A stretch of 63,515 nucleotides of DNA, counting the filler, from Choristocarpus tenellus KU-1152 (lineage: Eukaryota > Protista > Phaeophyceae): assembly GCA_964200185.2 (NCBI GenBank). It is 12 parts of 12 records of this genome, joined end to end, with 100 filler letters (N's around TTAATTAATTAA, not from the genome) between each part and the next. Parts side by side here need not be neighbours in the genome. Positions count along the whole stretch, not along the records: positions 58,194 to 60,827 come from CAXNAD020026099.1; positions 60,928 to 63,515 come from CAXNAD020026498.1; 10 more parts are not named here. One strand, written 5' to 3'. The position numbers and the translations under genes were made by a program. This document shows positions 58,094 through 63,515 of the stretch, piece by piece; position 1 is the stretch's first letter; every line of letters begins with the position of its first letter. Under the pieces are notes generated by a model, which ran no database searches, was not told the DNA's origin, and saw nothing but the letters and a program-made list of their open reading frames with translations.

Positions 58094-58545
58094 NNNNNNN
58101 NNNNNNNNNNNNNNNNNNNNNNNNNNNNNNNNNNNNNTTAATTAATTAANNNNNNNNNNNNNNNNNNNNNNNNNNNNNNNNNNNNNNNNNNNNCACTTGA
58201 TTTACCGTCGTGGCGAGTGGACCCGCCGTAGGTTAGATACCCGAGGACGACTACATCCTTACACGATTTGCCTACAGATACTGCAGGCCTGGTGAACAGT
58301 CGATTAACTGATGACGCGCTGTGCTCCCCTGCCCTCGTACGCCTCAGCTTCGGAAATGCGAGAGGAGCGTAAGAGCTAATCAAGGAGGAGGAAAACCGAC
58401 AGACATCTATATCAGCCAGTCGGGTGTATGTGCTCTACATCGCAAAAACACATTGCATTACCCCTCTTTTTAGCTCCAATTAAACAATGCGTAAGTAAGC
58501 AGAGTACTATTTGCCAACTAACGACGGACATCATCGTTTGCGCAG

Positions 58546-60827
58546 GTTATAACCTTGTCTGCAAAGCCACCCAGCTTGCCCTCACAAGGCTTATCGACAA
58601 GTACCACAACAACCTCGATCACGAGGGGGGTTGCATCATCCAGCACGCGCATTGGCAGGTAAGAAATTTTCATCTTGACATGACCTACTCAACACATACT
58701 CGCCGAATACCAGTCACCAAGTAACTAACTGCACGGCCTTTAGTGTTGGTTTGTGTGTTGCAACCTGCGTGTGTGATGGCGGTGATGTAGAGCTTACGAT
58801 CTAGCACTACTGGAAACATGCCCTGTTCCTCCACGAAACGTGGTGAAATGGGCTGACATATCGGCCTCGCGCCTATCCCTCCCTCGCTCCCAACTCCCCA
58901 AACTGGCCAAGTCGACAACTGCGTCTCAGAGAACAAGAACAATTTCTTTCTCGGATATGCAGGGCTGTTGGTTGTGGCGAGGGTCATTTGTGTGGTCGAG
59001 ATACATTTTATGATGGTGGGGCACACGCACATCAAAATCGATCAGATCTTCTCCAGGTAATTAGGCAAGATATATAAGTGCGATAGCCACATGGTGTTTT
59101 TTCACGGATAGATACTGCCATGAAGCTTGCAGTTCAAGCTTGTTGCGTCTCTCGAAGGTTTATGGTCATACACTACAATTGTTTGATTGAATTTTGATTT
59201 CCCCACAACAAAATTGCACGATAAGAGCAGCTGCCAAAACTGTTTTGTAACCTACTCTCGAAACAAAACAATAAAAAAATGTACGCATCACCCCTTTTTA
59301 TATTTATACTTCCATATACATGCATCAGAGCACGTGCTTGCATATATATCTTGCTTCTCCACTTCGTTTCTTTCGCCCCCGCCTCAAAATTAACTTGCTT
59401 GAATTTCACCTTCAGGTTCTCATGTGGAATAAAAGGGAAGAACATATTCACAAGAACACAGCTGGGTGAAGAGCTGCAGGCCTCTTACACGGAGGTTCCA
59501 GTCTACTGGAAGACCCTACGGAACGAGGGCAACGTTAAGGGACTCCTTCACGGTCGCGTCAACTGTGTTCCCAATATCACAAGCTACAGGGCCTTTCACG
59601 TTGAAAAAGGTGGTGATTGGCGGGTTAAGGTTAGCATAAAGCAATACATGCTCGGCACCGCATGGAGTGGGATAGGCGGAGACGTTGCTATCGACCCTAA
59701 CGCCCCTCCGCACAACCTCTTCATCGGCCACCCGCCTCGTCTCCAAGATGCACCACCCTACCAGCTCAAGAGCGTTCCCAAAGACGTCATCCTGAAGGTG
59801 GAGCAGCGGTACCAGGCGTCACACGAGCGCCTCGCTGCTGCGTACCCACTGGGTAAGTCGATTTTTTCGTGAGAGGAGTTGATGGCCAATTTTTGTATTC
59901 GGTGGCAGCCAAAAAAATCTGGTGCAACTTCTGTACGAGGCAGCCTTTACAGCCTTTACAAAAACAATCTTGAAGAATATTCCATTCTAATGCGTAGTGA
60001 TCGTCGCATGTCACAATAAAAAAGTACTATAGATTACCCCTGATAAATGTTTTGAGGGTACCGGTCTTGTAGTCAACAGTGACGAATCCGACGAAATATA
60101 CACCCTCTCTCTCGCTGCATGCTCCCCGAGCGCGTTCGTGCAACCTCACGCCTGGTTACAAAGTAATATTCATGCTTCCATACCGTTGATGTTCTCGTGC
60201 TCATGGATTCCACCTTCGCAGATGATGAAGTCGTTCAGAGAGCGAAACACGAGCAAAACGAGTCTGTGCGGCTTCTCAAAAAGACAGGGGAACGAGAGTT
60301 TGACCTCCCAGTCCATTGGCTTCCCACCGATGACGATGGCGCTGGAACTGGTACCAGCGATGTCGAAGACACCAGCCAGGGCGAACGTTCGGGTGGAGAA
60401 GGTAATCTCGTCAGCGGTGACAATGATCTTGGCGGGCTCGAGGAAACGGACTCTTCCTCATCGGACAGTGACACGGAAGAAGCTGGCTTCCGTCGACGGG
60501 GTTGGCCTCGTGCTACCTTGACATCGGCGAATGATGGAAACCTCGTCTCCGTGCAGGAAGGCAGGTTTGCCTTTTTTGTGGCAACGGAGACGCCGCTCTT
60601 GGTCGGCAAGATCCTAGCGGAGCGTGTCGGCGAGGACGGGGAGCATGGGGTGGATCTTCTTTGGCTTCAGCCGACCAGTGACCACACACGTGACAACGCC
60701 GCGTTTCTGACCCTTGATATGTACGGGAAAAGTAATTTTGTCGAAGGCTACATACACGTTGGTGATAGATCCGTGCGAACTGGGAAACAGAAGCGAGTTA
60801 AAGACGAAAGCTGGGAACCCGTGGCGG
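58546..60827 (+). mobile_element. Intron-containing Sola-like (DUF7869-type) transposase gene, partial (exons 58546-58658, 58911-59056, 59416-59852, 60222->60827)
   Basis: GYNLVCK...AHWQ|VDNCVSENKNNFFLGYAGLLV...IHFMMVGHTHIKIDQIFSR|FSCGIKGKNIFTRTQL: the DNCxxENKN / VGHTHxxIDQxFS signature. Confidence 0.8.
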
Positions 60828-61299
60828 NNNNNNNNNNNNNNNNNNNNNNNNNNNNNNNNNNNNNNNNNNNNTTAATTAATTAANNNNNNNNNNNNNNNNN
60901 NNNNNNNNNNNNNNNNNNNNNNNNNNNTATGTACGCATAGAAGATAATGGGAGACATTCGGGATGTTTAGGCGGGGTATTTGACCAGAATTAATCGGCGA
61001 ACTATTAGAGTCGGAGTGTTTCTGACGTGTACTAGAGAAACGTTGAGTCATTTGATATTCTGAGTCATTCAATGTAAGGACTGGTGAATCCCACCTAGTA
61101 CAGGTATCTCACTCTCTTCTTAACTGTGGTACAAGTTAATAAACAATAATATAACTAGTTGTGTGGGACAACTGATCGTCAAGGACAGCTTAACAAGCTG
61201 ATCTGGGCTTATTGGGAGGCAGTCTGTGGTGTTTGGATGGTCGGGTTGTGGGAGTCATTGATGCTTACCATTCTCCTAGGGCTGACAGGGGTGCATTGT

Positions 61300-63497
61300 T
61301 ATCACGAGGTCGGGGTGTCACAGCTCGAACAAAAGGTATCCATGGTGAATTTGGAGCTGGTCGAAAGCCTTCCCCCTCTCGAAATTGCAGTATGCTATTG
61401 TTCTTCCTACAGAATGCGGCTCCCAGAACCATCCCGTAGTAAGCCTTCCACTACTCTAAATGTCACATTGTGGACTCTCTATCCTCTGGGAGAAACAATA
61501 TTGGCAGTATGCAGGATCCTAGTACCTGCATAGGTGGAATACTGCATCCTTTCAGGTTTGCCGCATGCAACGTTCCCTTACCAGTTTGGTTAAGGTGCGG
61601 TAAGCCGGTGCTTCCTCCCCATAGAGTAGTACTGTGCGCCAGATAGTAGACGAGATGTAGTTCACACCTCCTGCACCTGTGTCAAGGAGTATCTGTACAG
61701 GCATTCTCCAGCGGACTTTGCGAGGGTGCCACAGCAGTGCAGATAGCCATACTTGACTAGTTCTTTGGGCAGTTGACATAGTGGATATGTTCGAGGCAAG
61801 TGTGGGGGTCATGTTTCCTATGGCTACAGTGCCTAAGTTCCCTGGAGCTGAAGACTCCAGGGCGCACCTTCAGGGCAACTCGGGAACTTCAGAATCGGTC
61901 GAGCTGCTTGCAAATGGTGCGGAAACTCAAAGTCTTGCATCGTGGCGAGGTAGTGCAAATGGGCATCTGTCAGGGCTACCATCGTATGTGACTCGTTCGC
62001 TGGGATGGTACTTGGCTTATCTTGGGACAGATATGCAAAGAAACCCTCAGGTACTACGCAGTCGTCGTGAGTATACCTGCACCTGCGACTGATAGATTTG
62101 AAGCATTCGCGACCAAAGGCATGATAGAAACAAACTCGATGTGCCTTGAGCCACTCGACAACCTCATCTTGGGAAGCAGATGGTGAAGGTAAATCCTTAC
62201 CCGAATGGTGTCGACCTGCATCGCTCACTCTGTCTGTGGTTATAGAGGACGTGGATCGGGGTACAGACTGGGCGGCGGGTGTTGCTTGGCGAACGGGTGC
62301 GGATGCATTGCTCCTCGAAACGAACGTAGTACCATTTTTCCCAGGAGCAGAAGCAGGTTGGTTTGTCAACGCAGCACAGACAATGGGCAGGGGGTTTGGG
62401 GACAAAACAGGTTGGAGCATCAGTGCGAGGGCCGCCAGCACACTGTTGACCACTAAAAGGTGTGGCGCTGGAGTCTGGCTTGGCACCTCCTGTGGCAAGG
62501 ATGTCCTGCTATGTTGAGGTAATTCCAGTTCCTGTCTGCCTACCGGGATGTCAACTGGGGCAGACAAAGGGTCGGACATGCTTGCCAACATAGCACGAGC
62601 GTTAGCCATGCTACCTAAAGCAGTAGGTGTCCTATCTTTAGACGATGTAGGTTTTGTAGCATTTTGATTGGTTGGGAAAAATGCGTACTGGTCGCTACGA
62701 TTGGACAAATCTTCGATAAGATCGTCAAAGATCCGCTCTGCTTTAATTCCCCGCTGTACCATTTCATCTCCTAAAGGATTATTCTAGGAAATTGCCAGCG
62801 GGCGAATTTGGTTCCGAACCTCCTTTCGAAATGAAAATGCCATTGACTGTACTCCAATCTGATCTAGAACATTGGGAAGAAGGATAGGGAGAGCTCGTTC
62901 GCAAAGATCAATGAGTTGATCTTCAGCTATATACCTCCAAAAGAAAATTGTCTCGCAAATATGAGGCATCCGCGAATCTACGGTGTATGCTCGATAATGC
63001 AAGACAAGTCTGTTGGCTGCAGCTTTCCATGATTCCCCTCTCTCGTTCCTTAAAGAACTCATTGCGTTCTTTACGGCATTTTTTGACTGACTATACGAAA
63101 GGGTGCATTCTCTCACCAGGATACGGACTCACTCGGTCGCTGTCATGTCTTCCCGAGGAACCCGAAGGAGGTGTCCGGTGACGCTCGGGACTTTCACTGT
63201 AGATGAGTCGCTTAGGAGATCACTGTGGATCCTAAGAGAGTCAGACAGTAGTTGCTCAAGAAGCTCGATGCGGAAAGGGGTAAGGGCATCACTACGTGGA
63301 CGCGATGTATTACGACAGTGGACATGATCTTTGGGCCAGGCCCACGATCCTCCTTGAACCCTCCCTAAGGCCTTGGTAAGAGCGTGAGCGAAAAAAACGG
63401 GGTTGTTTGACATGGTTGGGGCGGAGTTATCTGTAGGTACTCCAAGAAAGATGGGGCCGTGGGCAGGGTCTCCGAGTTTCCTATAAATGCGTTCCAT
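61300..63497 (-). mobile_element. LTR retrotransposon (Ty3/Gypsy-like) gag-protease remnant with a CCCH-like finger
   Basis: Retropepsin VQILLDTGAGGVNYIS...VTFRVVEG...LGAAFCRKNNSILQF; upstream gag-like frames include CFYHAFGRECFKSISRRCRYTH; stops and frameshifts present. Confidence 0.75.
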
Positions 63498-63515
63498 GGT
63501 TTTAACACAACCAGA

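Overview
Eukaryotic, intron-rich DNA from a photosynthetic stramenopile, most likely a brown alga or close relative. This is inferred from a bipartite plastid-targeting SufS, a stramenopile-type bZIP and a brown-algal-type multi-TM family. The window is 12 contigs joined by 11 identical artificial linkers (44N-TTAATTAATTAA-44N). Genes break at the linkers, so adjacency across them is not reliable. Host genes rebuilt by manual exon stitching: plastid SufS (5' part), DDX27/DRS1 (3' part), SRPK kinase (3' part), a bZIP with a SnoaL-like C-terminal domain, a multi-TM protein, an unidentified helical protein, a complete TAM41, and a CKK/CAMSAP-domain gene (3' part). The rest is transposon-derived: Copia remnants, a Gypsy-like gag-protease, CRE-like RLE non-LTR elements, a mariner-like fragment and an intron-containing Sola-like (DUF7869-type) transposase. 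The least explained part is 4.2-11 kb. It holds an orphan ORF present as one intact and one decayed copy, plus a dense, mixed-orientation cluster of ~250-bp inverted-repeat-ended elements with no visible target-site duplication. Two GC-AG introns occur in neighbouring genes. All family assignments are from motif recognition by eye; no searches were run.
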